From a virus (Duplodnaviria > Caudoviricetes), in the IMG/VR virus record IMGVR_UViG_3300015214_000029, positions 21,756 through 85,755 of that record: DNA of 64,000 nucleotides; one strand, 5' to 3'. Positions 1-9,907 of the stretch are shown in pieces. A model generated the notes under the pieces. The model was not told the DNA's origin. It ran no database searches and was given only the letters and a program-made list of their open reading frames with translations. Numbering within the stretch: the stretch's first letter is position 1; every line of letters starts with the position of its first letter. A program made the position numbers and the translations under genes.

Positions 1-96
1 GTAATCGCCAGCGGTTTCGGGGTAACCATTGCCATCTTCCTGCTGATTACACTCCGGGCAGTGCGGGGTTCTGTCAACCCAGAGGATAATACCTAA

Positions 97-1323
97 ATGG
101 CACGGTCGAGTATTCCAACCTTAATCCCGCTCGACCGGGCGGCGGAACTGCTCGGGATGAACCCGCTGCATTTTAACAGCATTCAGTCCGAGAACTACCC
201 CTTCCGCTACCCGTGCGACGATACCTGGTTTCAGTACGACTGGCAGGATGCCGGGCGCATCTCCCGAGAGTCGCTGGCCTTTGCGCTGCGCCAGGCTGAG
301 GACATGACCTGGCGGCACCTGGGCTATTCCATGCTCCCCATCTGGCACGAGAATGAAGAGCATGTGCCGCTCCAGCACTACCGGCCCGAGATCTCCTCGC
401 TGCTCAACTCGCGCGGCCTGCCCAAGAGCATCACCACCAACAACGCCTATGTCATCGAGGTGGGCAAGCGGACTAAGACTCTGGTGCAGCGCAACGCTTT
501 CCTGGAGTACGAGGACACGACCGGCGATGGCTGGAAGGATACCGTTACCCTCACCTGCGACACGACTGTCACCGATCCCGAGGAACTACATGTCTACTTC
601 CCCGGGGAAGATGGGGCAGATGAGTGGGAGATCCGCCCGGTCAAGGTCAGCATCTCGGATGGGCTGGCAACCATCACCCTTCAGCGCCACCAGGTCCCCC
701 TGCCGGAGTTGTGGGAGCGGCAGCGCAGCCCGGAGAGCCTGGGCCTGACCATCGACGGTGATAACGATGCTAATTTCCTGCAAACGGTGGATGTCTACCG
801 GGTCTACACAGATACTACCGACCAGGGACATCTCATCAACCCGGCCTACTGCCTGACCTGCTCGGGTGCGGGCTGCGTAGCCTGTGGCTACGAGACACAG
901 AGTGTATGCGTCACCATCCGGGACCCCCGGCTGGGCATCCTGGCCTACCAGCGGGCAACTTGGGATGCCGCCAACGCCCGGTGGGTGCCTGCTGCCACCA
1001 CCAACTACCGGGAAGAGCGGATCAAGGTCCACTACCGGGCCGGGCATGTAGACTACCGGCTGACTCGCCCGTTCACCCAGATGGAGCCCCGCTTCGAGCG
1101 GGCAATTCTGTACTACGCCCTGACCCTGCTGGATAATGAGCCGATGGGCTGCGAGAACTTCAAGCAGATGTACAATGCCTGGTCGCTGGACCTGGCTAAA
1201 GCAGAAGCCGGTACATCCTGGCAGATCGCCTTCCAGGATCTCCGCTCGCCCTTCGGCACCACAAAGGCAGCGATTACCCTGTGGCGGCTGGTCAAGGCTG
1301 AGCAGATGGTCAACGCCAAATAG
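97..1323 (+). CDS. Putative virion structural protein (head-tail connector/adaptor region)
   Basis: 408-aa ORF with phage-like codon use at the head of the + strand block leading to tail tube, chaperone and tape measure genes; function inferred from position only. Confidence 0.45.
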   Translation: MARSSIPTLIPLDRAAELLGMNPLHFNSIQSENYPFRYPCDDTWFQYDWQDAGRISRESLAFALRQAEDMTWRHLGYSMLPIWHENEEHVPLQHYRPEISSLLNSRGLPKSITTNNAYVIEVGKRTKTLVQRNAFLEYEDTTGDGWKDTVTLTCDTTVTDPEELHVYFPGEDGADEWEIRPVKVSISDGLATITLQRHQVPLPELWERQRSPESLGLTIDGDNDANFLQTVDVYRVYTDTTDQGHLINPAYCLTCSGAGCVACGYETQSVCVTIRDPRLGILAYQRATWDAANARWVPAATTNYREERIKVHYRAGHVDYRLTRPFTQMEPRFERAILYYALTLLDNEPMGCENFKQMYNAWSLDLAKAEAGTSWQIAFQDLRSPFGTTKAAITLWRLVKAEQMVNAK

Positions 1324-1339
1324 GGGGACATTTTAGCGT

Positions 1340-1663
1340 ATGCCTCAAGTAATATATACTAACGACGAGGGTTACAAAGAGGTCAGGTGGGTGCCCGAGC
1401 ACGCGACCCCCGCGCAGTACCAGTGGGGTGTGGTGCTGGGTCCGCCCGATCTGTCGAGCCTGGATCTGCCCGAGACGAAACGCCGTGAGGTTTCCAACCG
1501 ACTGGCTGAGGCGGGGATTTTCGACCTGGTTACTCTGGTCGGCAGGCGCGGAGAGCTTGTAAGGATTTTAGAAGTCGTCGGGGTAGGGGACGTTTCGGGG
1601 GTGCGCAACGCCATCATCGGACTCTACCAAGCAGACGCCTATCCAGAAAAATTCGGAGGGTAA
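1340..1663 (+). CDS. Hypothetical protein in tail operon
   Basis: 107-aa ORF tightly packed between neighbours, GGGGGA RBS-like sequence upstream. Confidence 0.55.
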   Translation: MPQVIYTNDEGYKEVRWVPEHATPAQYQWGVVLGPPDLSSLDLPETKRREVSNRLAEAGIFDLVTLVGRRGELVRILEVVGVGDVSGVRNAIIGLYQADAYPEKFGG

Positions 1664-1669
1664 GACAAA

Positions 1670-3178
1670 ATGGCTGGGAATGCAGTCGAGCGTAGGCGTT
1701 CGCGGGTGTTCATCATCCCCCAGCAGGCAGGTCCGGCAAACGCGCCCGAGTACCTGATGTTCTCGGCAGCGGGAGCCCTGGCCTGGCCCCAGGGTGATGT
1801 TACGTTGCATAAAGCACCGAGCCCCACGCGGCGCGACAAGTTTGAGGTCATTGCCCGCACGCAGGATGCGCGAGAGAATGCCACCCTCTCGCTCAGCGTG
1901 GTTGACCAACTGGCAAAGTCCCGCATGTTTGAACTGGTGCGCCAGCGGTGCGCCTTCGACGTGCTGGTGGTTCACGGTCTATGCCAGGACCCCCAGGATC
2001 TCAACGGTGGCTGGTCGAGCGGCAAGGTGCGCGTGCTGGCAAATGCCCGCTTCACCGACTACAGCACTGATGAACTGGGCACGATGGACGAGTCCTCGGA
2101 CGCACCGATCATGGAAGAGCTTTCCATCTCCGCAGAGGAGTTGCTGGAAATCCTGCCCATGACCTATCTGGAGAAAGCCAAGAACCAGATCGTGGCTGAG
2201 GTCGTCAAGGTCGTCTTTGTAGACTCGGTGCAGTGTGGCGACTGCGGTGGGGCCCCCAGCGACGGCATCAGCAAGGTGGCGGCTCTGGTCTCCCCGGCTG
2301 GTTCTTCGCCGGGCACCCTGCCGGAAGTTGTAGCCACGATGGACGGCTACTCCACGACCATCGAGTCGTCCATCACCACGATGGCTCCTACCGATGTGGC
2401 TGCGGACATGGCGCACATCGGGGATTACCTGGTGGTGCTCCAGAGCGGGGCAACCGGCGCGATCCAGTACATCAACCTGGATGAGATGCTGCGCGGGGTG
2501 GGCACCTGGACTGAGGTCACAACCGGGCTCGATGTCTCGGGCGCTCCCCAAGCTATCTCGTCGGTGGGTCCGCGCGACACCTGGATCGTGGGCGCGGGCG
2601 GCTACGTCTACAAGATGGCGGACGTGATCTCGGGAGTGACGGTGCAGGATGCCGGGGTTGCTACCCAGGAAGACCTGCTGGATGTTCACGCCCTGGATCT
2701 GGACAACGTGGTGGCGGTGGGCAAGAACAACGCCGTCATCTACACCACCAACGGGCAGGACTGGGGCGTGGTCACCGGTCCCGAGCCGGGCGCAGACCTG
2801 AAGGCAGTCTGGGTGCGCAGCGAGATCGAGTGGCTGGTGGGCACCGATACCGGCAAGCTGTGGTACACGCGCAACGCGGGCGTCTCCTGGACGCAGAAGC
2901 GGTTTGTCGGGGACGAGAGCGGGTCCATCGAAGACATCCAGTTCGCCAATGCCAACGTGGGCTACATGTCCCATACTCTGGCGACGACTGCCGGGCGCAT
3001 CCTGCGCACGATTGACGGTGGCTACTCGTGGTTTGTAGTCCCCGAGGGGCAGGGCAGCCTCCCGGCGAGCGACATCATCAACAGCATCGCGGTGCCCGAG
3101 GATGATGCCAATATCATCTACGCGGGCGGTCTCGCGGACAACGCGGCTGACGGTATTCTGATCAAGGGCAGCGCCTAA
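1670..3178 (+). CDS. Putative major tail (tube) protein with C-terminal BNR/YCF48-like beta-propeller
   Basis: Position directly before chaperone pair and tape measure; C-terminal half has repeated W-x-x-V / GxxG-x-I/V-Y-x-T-x-N/D-G-G-x-S-W blades (e.g. ILRTIDGGYSW, LWYTRNAGVSW); GGAGG RBS. Confidence 0.6.
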   Translation: MAGNAVERRRSRVFIIPQQAGPANAPEYLMFSAAGALAWPQGDVTLHKAPSPTRRDKFEVIARTQDARENATLSLSVVDQLAKSRMFELVRQRCAFDVLVVHGLCQDPQDLNGGWSSGKVRVLANARFTDYSTDELGTMDESSDAPIMEELSISAEELLEILPMTYLEKAKNQIVAEVVKVVFVDSVQCGDCGGAPSDGISKVAALVSPAGSSPGTLPEVVATMDGYSTTIESSITTMAPTDVAADMAHIGDYLVVLQSGATGAIQYINLDEMLRGVGTWTEVTTGLDVSGAPQAISSVGPRDTWIVGAGGYVYKMADVISGVTVQDAGVATQEDLLDVHALDLDNVVAVGKNNAVIYTTNGQDWGVVTGPEPGADLKAVWVRSEIEWLVGTDTGKLWYTRNAGVSWTQKRFVGDESGSIEDIQFANANVGYMSHTLATTAGRILRTIDGGYSWFVVPEGQGSLPASDIINSIAVPEDDANIIYAGGLADNAADGILIKGSA

Positions 3179-3207
3179 CCATAGCTGAGCTAGGGAGAGA
3201 GCACAAC

Positions 3208-3798
3208 ATGGTCGATCTGGGTGCAATACAGAATGAAGCTAACCAGGCTGTCGCGGACATCCTGGCGGATGAATCAGTGCAGGCGGATGATCCCCGGTTG
3301 CTCCGGCTGTCAACCGGGGTCATCCTGCGCATGAAGCCGGTCTCGCCCTTCATGCTGAACCTGCTGGCCCACAAGTACCCGGAGCCCGAGGTACCCTCGG
3401 TCTTCATCGAGTCAAAGGGGCGGTACGAACTCAATCCCCTGGACCCGGACTACGTGCGGCTCAAGGAAGAGCGGGACCAGGCCCGGCAGCAGGCAGCGAT
3501 TGACCTGTATGTTGGCAAGGGCACCGAGTTGGTGAGGGGTCCCGACGATCTGCCAGGGCTGGATGACGAGTCCTGGGTCCAGGACCTTGTGGACCTGGCG
3601 GACCCGGGGGACCTGGTCGAAGAGGAAGTCAAGCGCATCGAGCAGAACCCCCGCTACCGCTATGTAGCCTGGGTGAAGTATGTTGCCATCGGCAACCGGC
3701 AGGATCTTGAGGATCTATCCCGCCGCGTCATGCGGGTGATGGGCGTCGCTGCCGAGGACGTGGCAGACGAGGTGCGTAAATTTCCAGATAACCCGTAA
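3208..3798 (+). CDS. Tail assembly chaperone (gpG-like)
   Basis: 196-aa ORF between tail tube and tape measure genes, overlapped at its end by a second open frame. Confidence 0.7.
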   Translation: MVDLGAIQNEANQAVADILADESVQADDPRLLRLSTGVILRMKPVSPFMLNLLAHKYPEPEVPSVFIESKGRYELNPLDPDYVRLKEERDQARQQAAIDLYVGKGTELVRGPDDLPGLDDESWVQDLVDLADPGDLVEEEVKRIEQNPRYRYVAWVKYVAIGNRQDLEDLSRRVMRVMGVAAEDVADEVRKFPDNP

Positions 3799-4060
3799 CG
3801 GGGAGCCGATTGAAGACATCCGCCCGCGTCACACGGTGCGGACAGGTATCGCCTTTACGACTATGCCAGGGCTGGTGCCCCTGTATGACGAGATGGCAGC
3901 GTGCCGTTTCGCGGGGTACCGCTTCTGGCATGAGTGGCAGGATCTATCCCCGCAGGAACGCGCCCGCCTCGTCGCCTACTACTACCTGGATGCCCTCGTA
4001 GAAGGGCACAAGGAAGATGCCGCCATAGAATACAGCAGGCGGCAGAGTAAGAGGAAGTAA
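3782..4060 (+). CDS. Tail assembly chaperone frameshift extension (gpT-like)
   Basis: Frame 2 is open from 3740 to 4060 and reads FQITRNGEPIEDIRPRHTVRTGIAF...; ends overlapping the tape measure start (TAATG). Confidence 0.6.
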   Translation, partial: FQITRNGEPIEDIRPRHTVRTGIAFTTMPGLVPLYDEMAACRFAGYRFWHEWQDLSPQERARLVAYYYLDALVEGHKEDAAIEYSRRQSKRK

Positions 4061-7000
4061 TGGCCTCAGCGGAAATCGGAATTGCCATTGTCCTGCGCGG
4101 TCTGGGCACCTTCCGCCAGAACATGGGCGCAGCCCAGTCAGACATCAACCGCTTCGAGCGTTCGATTGCGGGCATGGCGGGATCGGCGGGTAAGTTCGGT
4201 CAGACCCTTACCTCGCTCGGTACCGCCATCATGGGCATGGGACGTACCCTGACGCTGGGCATCACCGCTCCTCTCGTCGCGGTCAATACTGCCCTGGTCA
4301 ACGCGGGCATCCAGTTTGAGGATGCCTTTGCCGGGGTGTCCAAAACAGTTGATGGTATCGCGGATGATTTCGGGAACCTGACAGAGCTTGGTCTTGGGGT
4401 CCGCCAGGAGTTCCGGGACATGGCTCTTGAGATCCCGGTGGCGGCGACTGAACTGGCCCGCATCGGTCAGATCGCCGGTCAGCTTGGCGTCGAGGCGGCA
4501 CCCCTTATCGGGGAGTTGGGCACCGAACTGGGCTACTTCACCGAGATCGTCGCCAAGATGGGCGCGACCACCGACCTGTCCACTGAAGAGGCAGCGTTCG
4601 CCTTCGCTCGTTTGGCGAACATCATGGGCCAGCAGGACAACATTATTGAGTTTGTCAATGGGCTGTCCAATGCCATCGTAGACCTGGGCAACAACGCCGC
4701 AGCCACCGAGCCGGAGATTGTGGCAGCCGCCCTGCGTATTGCGGGTGCCGGGCGTGTGGTGGGCATGTCCACCCAGGAAGTGCTGGGCTTCGCTACTGCA
4801 CTGGGCGAACTGGGTGTGCGGGCAGAGATGGGCGGCACGGCTGTCTCGCGTGTCATGCAGGAGATGTTCTTAGCCATCTCGGAAGGTGTACAGACGACCG
4901 AGGTGGTATTGGAACAGGTAGACTCGGCTGAGCGGGCTCACCTGGAGAGTCTGACGCGGCGCTCCCTGAACGCTCAGCAGCGCCAGTTTGAGTTGGATGC
5001 GGCCCTGGACCGGGGTGTCATCTCAATGGAAGAGTACGACAAGCGGGCGCAGAAGAACAACCAGACGCTCGCTGAGCTGGATGCCGCTATCGCAGCCCTG
5101 CCCGAAGGCTTGGACGAGGTGGCAACGGCAATGGTCCAGGCGGGGGGCCCGCTGGTCACCTTCGCCACCATCTCGGGCCAGTCGGTGGAAGAGTTCGAGC
5201 GGGCCTTCAAGGAAGATGCGGCGGGCGCGGTCGTCCACTTCATCGAGCGACTTGCCATCATGCAGGACGAGGGCAAGATTACAAAGGACATGCTCAACGA
5301 ACTGGGGCTCGGTGGCGTGCGCGTGCGTGACGTACTCAACCGCATGGGCGGTGACATGAGCGTAGTCACCGAAAACATCGAGCGGGCAAACCGGGCGTGG
5401 GAAGAGCAGACGGCACTCCAGATTGAGTACCAGAAGCGGATTAATACGGTCAAGTCCCAGCTACAACTACTGGGCAACCAGTTCAAGGACCTGGGCATCA
5501 CCATCTTTGACCTGGTGAAAGAGGACCTGGCCCGGCTGATCGCCGGGATCAGCGCCATCATCCGGCATTTTCGAGAGATGGATCCGCGCACCCAGCGACT
5601 CATCCTGCTGGTGGGGGGCTTGGCAGCAGCAGTAGGTCCGCTGCTGATCGCCTTTGGTGGCATCGTCGCCATCGTGGGGCAGGTAGCTACCGGCATTGGG
5701 GTGATTGCCACCGCGATGACCGGGGCACTGGGGCCTGTGCTGCTGCTGGTAGGCGCGATTGGGGCGCTCATTGCCGGGCTGGTAGCCCTCACGCCCCTGG
5801 GAGACCCGGTACGCGATTTCATTGACAAGATTCGGCAGGACATTGAAGCCTACCTGAGCGGCGAGGGTCTGCCGCCTATTAGTATTCCTATTACCCCGGT
5901 AGTGGAAGAACCGGAAGACACGGGTCCCCGGGCTCCCAACGTGCCGGTGGTCAACGTAGTCCCGCGCACGCTCGCCCCGGGACCTACAAATGTGCGCAAC
6001 CTGCCTGAAGGGATCGACTTTGGTGCGGGATATGACTGGTCTGAGCCGCCTGATTTAAGCGCAATGCGGGCGGCAGTTACAGAAGCAGCCATTCCCGAGC
6101 CGGAAGCGGTGCAGGCAGGCTGGCAGGTAACCCTCGATACCATCAAAGAGAAAGTCAGCGGGTTCCTCTCAGAAATTAGCGGATTCTTTACCGACCAGAC
6201 AGCCCGCGTTGGTCTCTTGGAGCAGTTGGGCTTTACTCCTGAGCAGGTTGCCGAACTCGACAACTTTGTGCTGATGATCGAGTCCATCTTCAAGGTCATC
6301 CCGGAGACCGTCAAAGAGGTCTTCGCGGATGTGAGTGAAGTCTGGGAAAACGACTTCATCCAAAACCTGCGCGACGTGGGGGTGCTCGAAGATATTGAGG
6401 TCAACTGGACAGATGTGTGGGATGCCATCCGGCAGGCAGTGGTCGGGGCTGTTCAAGGTATTGCCTTTATCGTTGCCCTTTTGTTGAGTATCGTCACCGG
6501 GATCATCTCCGGACTGGCGGGCATGGCAGCAGTCATCATTGGGCAGTTCCAGGTACTCGCCGTCACCGTGCCTAACATCATTAGGGGCCTGATCAACGCC
6601 GTCTCAAATTTCTTTCTGATGCTGCGCAAGTTCTTTACAGGCGACTTTGACGCGGCTAAAGAGCACTTCATTCGCGCCTGGCAGGGGCTACGGGATGCCG
6701 TAACGAACCTCTTTGCCAGTATTGCTGCCCTGTTCTTTGGGGCGTTTGGTGGCATCTTGGCCTTTTTGGGGGGCTTCATTCAGGGGGTCATCAATTTCTT
6801 CAAGAATTTATATGAAACCCTGGTCGGGCACTCCATCATCCCCGACATGTTGAACGCCATCAAGCGAGTCTTTACCGACAGGCTGAACGATGTCAAGGAG
6901 TTTGTGCAGGGGATCATTGACGATCTCAAGTCCATCTGGACCGGGCTCAAGAACAGCCTGGAACGCATCATTGACGGTATTGGCGATTTTATTGACAGCA

Positions 7001-7434
7001 TCGGAACCACCACCGAAGAGATGCTGGACGTGGCGGGGGGAGCCCTTGAGGGGGTCAAAGGCGCGTTCATCAGTCTCAAGGAATGGCTGCTCGGCAATGT
7101 CGAAGACATCCTACGGCCCATCCGCAGGATTGGAGAGGCGGTGGGCTTGATCCATTCAGAAAACACGAACTCGCCCGAACTCAAGTTGCAGCACTCTTTC
7201 GAGTTGTTTGAGGACTATCTGAAAACAGCAAAGTTCGATTACACGGTCGGCGCTCGCCTGGCTCCCGAGACGGTAGACAGCCTCTCGGCAATGGTCTCGC
7301 CAGGGCGCAACGTCAGCTATGTGAGCAACGACAACCGCATCCAGGTGGGCGATGTGAATACTTACGGGGCGCGGGCCAATCCCGGGGCCTCGCTCATGGA
7401 CACCCTGCGCCGGGTACAGTCCCAGAGGGTATAA
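4060..7434 (+). CDS. Tape measure protein (TP901-like core)
   Basis: 1124 aa, Ala/Gly-rich helical; motifs AGIQFEDAFAGVSKT, LGNNAAATEPEI, GVRAEMGGTAVSR; Trp/Phe-periodic C-terminal repeats. Confidence 0.95.
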   Translation: MASAEIGIAIVLRGLGTFRQNMGAAQSDINRFERSIAGMAGSAGKFGQTLTSLGTAIMGMGRTLTLGITAPLVAVNTALVNAGIQFEDAFAGVSKTVDGIADDFGNLTELGLGVRQEFRDMALEIPVAATELARIGQIAGQLGVEAAPLIGELGTELGYFTEIVAKMGATTDLSTEEAAFAFARLANIMGQQDNIIEFVNGLSNAIVDLGNNAAATEPEIVAAALRIAGAGRVVGMSTQEVLGFATALGELGVRAEMGGTAVSRVMQEMFLAISEGVQTTEVVLEQVDSAERAHLESLTRRSLNAQQRQFELDAALDRGVISMEEYDKRAQKNNQTLAELDAAIAALPEGLDEVATAMVQAGGPLVTFATISGQSVEEFERAFKEDAAGAVVHFIERLAIMQDEGKITKDMLNELGLGGVRVRDVLNRMGGDMSVVTENIERANRAWEEQTALQIEYQKRINTVKSQLQLLGNQFKDLGITIFDLVKEDLARLIAGISAIIRHFREMDPRTQRLILLVGGLAAAVGPLLIAFGGIVAIVGQVATGIGVIATAMTGALGPVLLLVGAIGALIAGLVALTPLGDPVRDFIDKIRQDIEAYLSGEGLPPISIPITPVVEEPEDTGPRAPNVPVVNVVPRTLAPGPTNVRNLPEGIDFGAGYDWSEPPDLSAMRAAVTEAAIPEPEAVQAGWQVTLDTIKEKVSGFLSEISGFFTDQTARVGLLEQLGFTPEQVAELDNFVLMIESIFKVIPETVKEVFADVSEVWENDFIQNLRDVGVLEDIEVNWTDVWDAIRQAVVGAVQGIAFIVALLLSIVTGIISGLAGMAAVIIGQFQVLAVTVPNIIRGLINAVSNFFLMLRKFFTGDFDAAKEHFIRAWQGLRDAVTNLFASIAALFFGAFGGILAFLGGFIQGVINFFKNLYETLVGHSIIPDMLNAIKRVFTDRLNDVKEFVQGIIDDLKSIWTGLKNSLERIIDGIGDFIDSIGTTTEEMLDVAGGALEGVKGAFISLKEWLLGNVEDILRPIRRIGEAVGLIHSENTNSPELKLQHSFELFEDYLKTAKFDYTVGARLAPETVDSLSAMVSPGRNVSYVSNDNRIQVGDVNTYGARANPGASLMDTLRRVQSQRV

Positions 7435-7436
7435 CT

Positions 7437-8315
7437 GTGACAATCATCGAGAAGCTGGACTACATCACCCCTGACGGACAGGTACTCCCCCTGCACAACC
7501 CGCCCAGCCGGGTGGTAACCGAGATCACGGGGTGGGGGGAGCCGTCCAAGCAGGTAGATACCCGGCGCGGGGCCTACCAGCACGGGGAAACCATCATTGC
7601 CACCTGGCTGGAGCCGCGTGAGGTGTCCTGTACCCTGCGCCTGCAAACCCGAGACCGGGACGCCTACTGGAGTATGCGCCAGCGGCTCAACAACGCCCTG
7701 CGCCACAGCCGCACCGAGCCCCTGTACCCGAGGCCCGGCGTGTTGCGCCGCACCCTCTCCAACGGGCAGGTGCGCTGCCTGGATGTCGTGCTGATGGAAG
7801 GGCTGGCCTATACCAATCCAGGCGCGAATACCTGGGACGAGTGGGGGATCTTCGAACAGCTAAAGTTCATGGCTCACAACCCGGTCATCTATGACCCGCA
7901 GCAGTATCTCATCACGCCCCTGACCGGCTTTAACAGCACGCCTACTCAGACGCGCACGGTCGTCTATACCGGGACCTGGGCAGAGTACCCTATCATGACG
8001 GTCACCGGGCCTACTGATGGGTTTGCTATCAGAAACCTGACTACCGGGCATGAACTCTACTATATCCGGACGGTTAAGGCAGGCGAGGTCATTACCATCG
8101 ACCTGCGCTACGGGGAGAAGTCGCTGACCAGCAACCTGGACGGTCCGGTTACCGGCTACCTGGATATGGGGTTCTCAGACATGGGGGTATGGTCGCTCCA
8201 ACCCGACCCGGTCGCTCCACAGGGCATCAACCAGATCGAGGTGCAGACCTACTTCACACAGACAACGGCGACCAAGTTTGAAATGAGTTACTACCTGCGC
8301 TACGAGTCCATCTAG
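7437..8315 (+). CDS. Distal tail protein (Dit-like)
   Basis: Immediately after tape measure; motifs EPREVSCTL, YTGTWAEYPIMTVTGP, VITIDLRYGEKS typical of siphovirus Dit. Confidence 0.75.
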   Translation: MTIIEKLDYITPDGQVLPLHNPPSRVVTEITGWGEPSKQVDTRRGAYQHGETIIATWLEPREVSCTLRLQTRDRDAYWSMRQRLNNALRHSRTEPLYPRPGVLRRTLSNGQVRCLDVVLMEGLAYTNPGANTWDEWGIFEQLKFMAHNPVIYDPQQYLITPLTGFNSTPTQTRTVVYTGTWAEYPIMTVTGPTDGFAIRNLTTGHELYYIRTVKAGEVITIDLRYGEKSLTSNLDGPVTGYLDMGFSDMGVWSLQPDPVAPQGINQIEVQTYFTQTTATKFEMSYYLRYESI

Positions 8316-8422
8316 GGGCGGCTTGCTGCCAGGTGGGGAAGGTCCCGTACTGCTGCCCTCACCGCCCCCAGGATCATTCCCCACCTGTTCGAGAGGCGGC
8401 TGGTGAGCCGCCTCTCTCGATT

Positions 8423-9094
8423 CTACCGCTGGGGCCGGTGCTGCTGGATGAAAGTCTTGGGGTCGATATAGTGGGCCAGCACCCCATCGTAAGAAGCCCC
8501 GGGCCAGTGGTTGGGATTGCGTTCCATGATGTCAGTCCGTGCCATGTCGAAATGGAGATGGTAGGCAAACCGACCGTCCGAGTTGCCGACCTGCCCGATC
8601 TGCTGCCCGCGTGCGACAACGTCCCCGGTCTTAACCAGCACATTGTTCATATGGGCGCTGCGCGACCAGATGACCAGTCCATCCGGCAGCGGGTCGTGTC
8701 GGATGACGACCAGGTTGCCCCAGGTGCCGTTTCCCCTGCCGGAGAAGGTGACCAGCCCCGAGCCCGAGGCGTAGACCGGAGCGTGCCGGTCGGCGTCCCA
8801 GTGAGGGCTGTTACTGTTGAGGTCGGCTCCGGTGTGGAACTGGGGGATACCATTGAGCAGGTAGCGGCTGGCAAAGCCAGTCGCGTCGAACCAGGTGCCG
8901 GGCCACACCTGTGCGCTGGCCCGCTCTTCCTCGGTACCGATGGGCGGGTCAAAGCCGTCGCCTGGCAGGTCAAAGACCAGGCCCAGGTTGAAGGTGTCGT
9001 TGAGCAGGGCCTTCAGCCCGCGTGCGTCGCTGCGGGCGTAGGTGTCCAGGATCTCGCGCAGGTAGCCCCGCTTGATGATTAAGTCGCTGTCCAT
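8423..9094 (-). CDS. M23 family peptidase (putative endolysin)
   Basis: HTGAD (HxxxD) and HLHF (HxH) zinc motifs, WGNLVVIRH; start placed at MDSDL (9094) after GGAGAG RBS. Confidence 0.85.
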   Translation of the reverse strand: MDSDLIIKRGYLREILDTYARSDARGLKALLNDTFNLGLVFDLPGDGFDPPIGTEEERASAQVWPGTWFDATGFASRYLLNGIPQFHTGADLNSNSPHWDADRHAPVYASGSGLVTFSGRGNGTWGNLVVIRHDPLPDGLVIWSRSAHMNNVLVKTGDVVARGQQIGQVGNSDGRFAYHLHFDMARTDIMERNPNHWPGASYDGVLAHYIDPKTFIQQHRPQR

Positions 9095-9158
9095 TTTTTG
9101 TCTCTCCAGGAGTGGTAGGTAAGCGGATGAGGCTGTTGTACCACTCTTCGGGGCACTT

Positions 9159-9434
9159 TCAAAACGGGGAGCGGTCCTCAATTCCCCGTGCGGGACGCCT
9201 GCCCGACAGCGCCCACTGCTCAAATTCCTCTCTGAAGTGAATGATCAACTCCCGCGCCTGGTCCTGGGGTAGCTCGTAGATGGGCTGGGGGTTAACTGCC
9301 AGTTTGATCATGAGGTCAAAGAGGTAGACCAGTTTACCCCCGGTGTTGTCCGAGTCGTTGGCCCAGGACTGGATCACCTGGATGTTCTCAGCCGTCAGGC
9401 GATTGAAGTTGAACTTGATGTCTGCGATGCTCAT
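9159..9434 (-). CDS. Hypothetical protein
   Basis: 91-aa ORF with AGGA RBS and upstream TATAAT. Confidence 0.55.
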   Translation of the reverse strand: MSIADIKFNFNRLTAENIQVIQSWANDSDNTGGKLVYLFDLMIKLAVNPQPIYELPQDQARELIIHFREEFEQWALSGRRPARGIEDRSPF

Positions 9435-9453
9435 GGTCGTCCTATTATAATGT

Positions 9454-9480
9454 AGGGACCCGAATTTCTACTCGGGTCCC
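9454..9480. terminator. GC-rich hairpin (AGGGACCCGA-loop-TCGGGTCCCT), probable terminator after ORF ending at 9503
   Basis: Perfect 10-bp inverted repeat in an intergenic gap. Confidence 0.5.
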
Positions 9481-9502
9481 TTCTATTTCTCGCACGTCCG
9501 GG

Positions 9503-9907
9503 CTACTCCACAAACCCCAGCAGGATCTCCGTCGCCAGCTTGCGTATCTTGGGATCGGGGTTTTCGATGCCTGCCTTGAGAGTCTTGGCAACCAGCGTGC
9601 TGAACTCCATCTCCGACTGCACCTGACGCATGATCACCATCACACTGCCCATCAGCAGCCCGCGTGAAGTAAAGATGCGCAGCGTGCCCGCCCCGTTAAC
9701 CATCTCTTCCCAGGCTTCCACAATATCCTCGGATGCAGGCTGCTGCATCTCAGGCGGGAGTGCTTGCAGTGCGCTGTGCGTCTTGCGCTGGTAGTCTGCA
9801 ATGAACTCCCGGCACTCTTTGACAGCCTCTTCCTCGTTGTCAAACATGCGCAGCGTGGTCACCTTATCCTGATACCGGGCTTCCATCAACCACACTTCAG
9901 GCTTCAT
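9503..9907 (-). CDS. Hypothetical protein
   Basis: 134-aa ORF in coupled minus-strand run. Confidence 0.55.
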   Translation of the reverse strand: MKPEVWLMEARYQDKVTTLRMFDNEEEAVKECREFIADYQRKTHSALQALPPEMQQPASEDIVEAWEEMVNGAGTLRIFTSRGLLMGSVMVIMRQVQSEMEFSTLVAKTLKAGIENPDPKIRKLATEILLGFVE

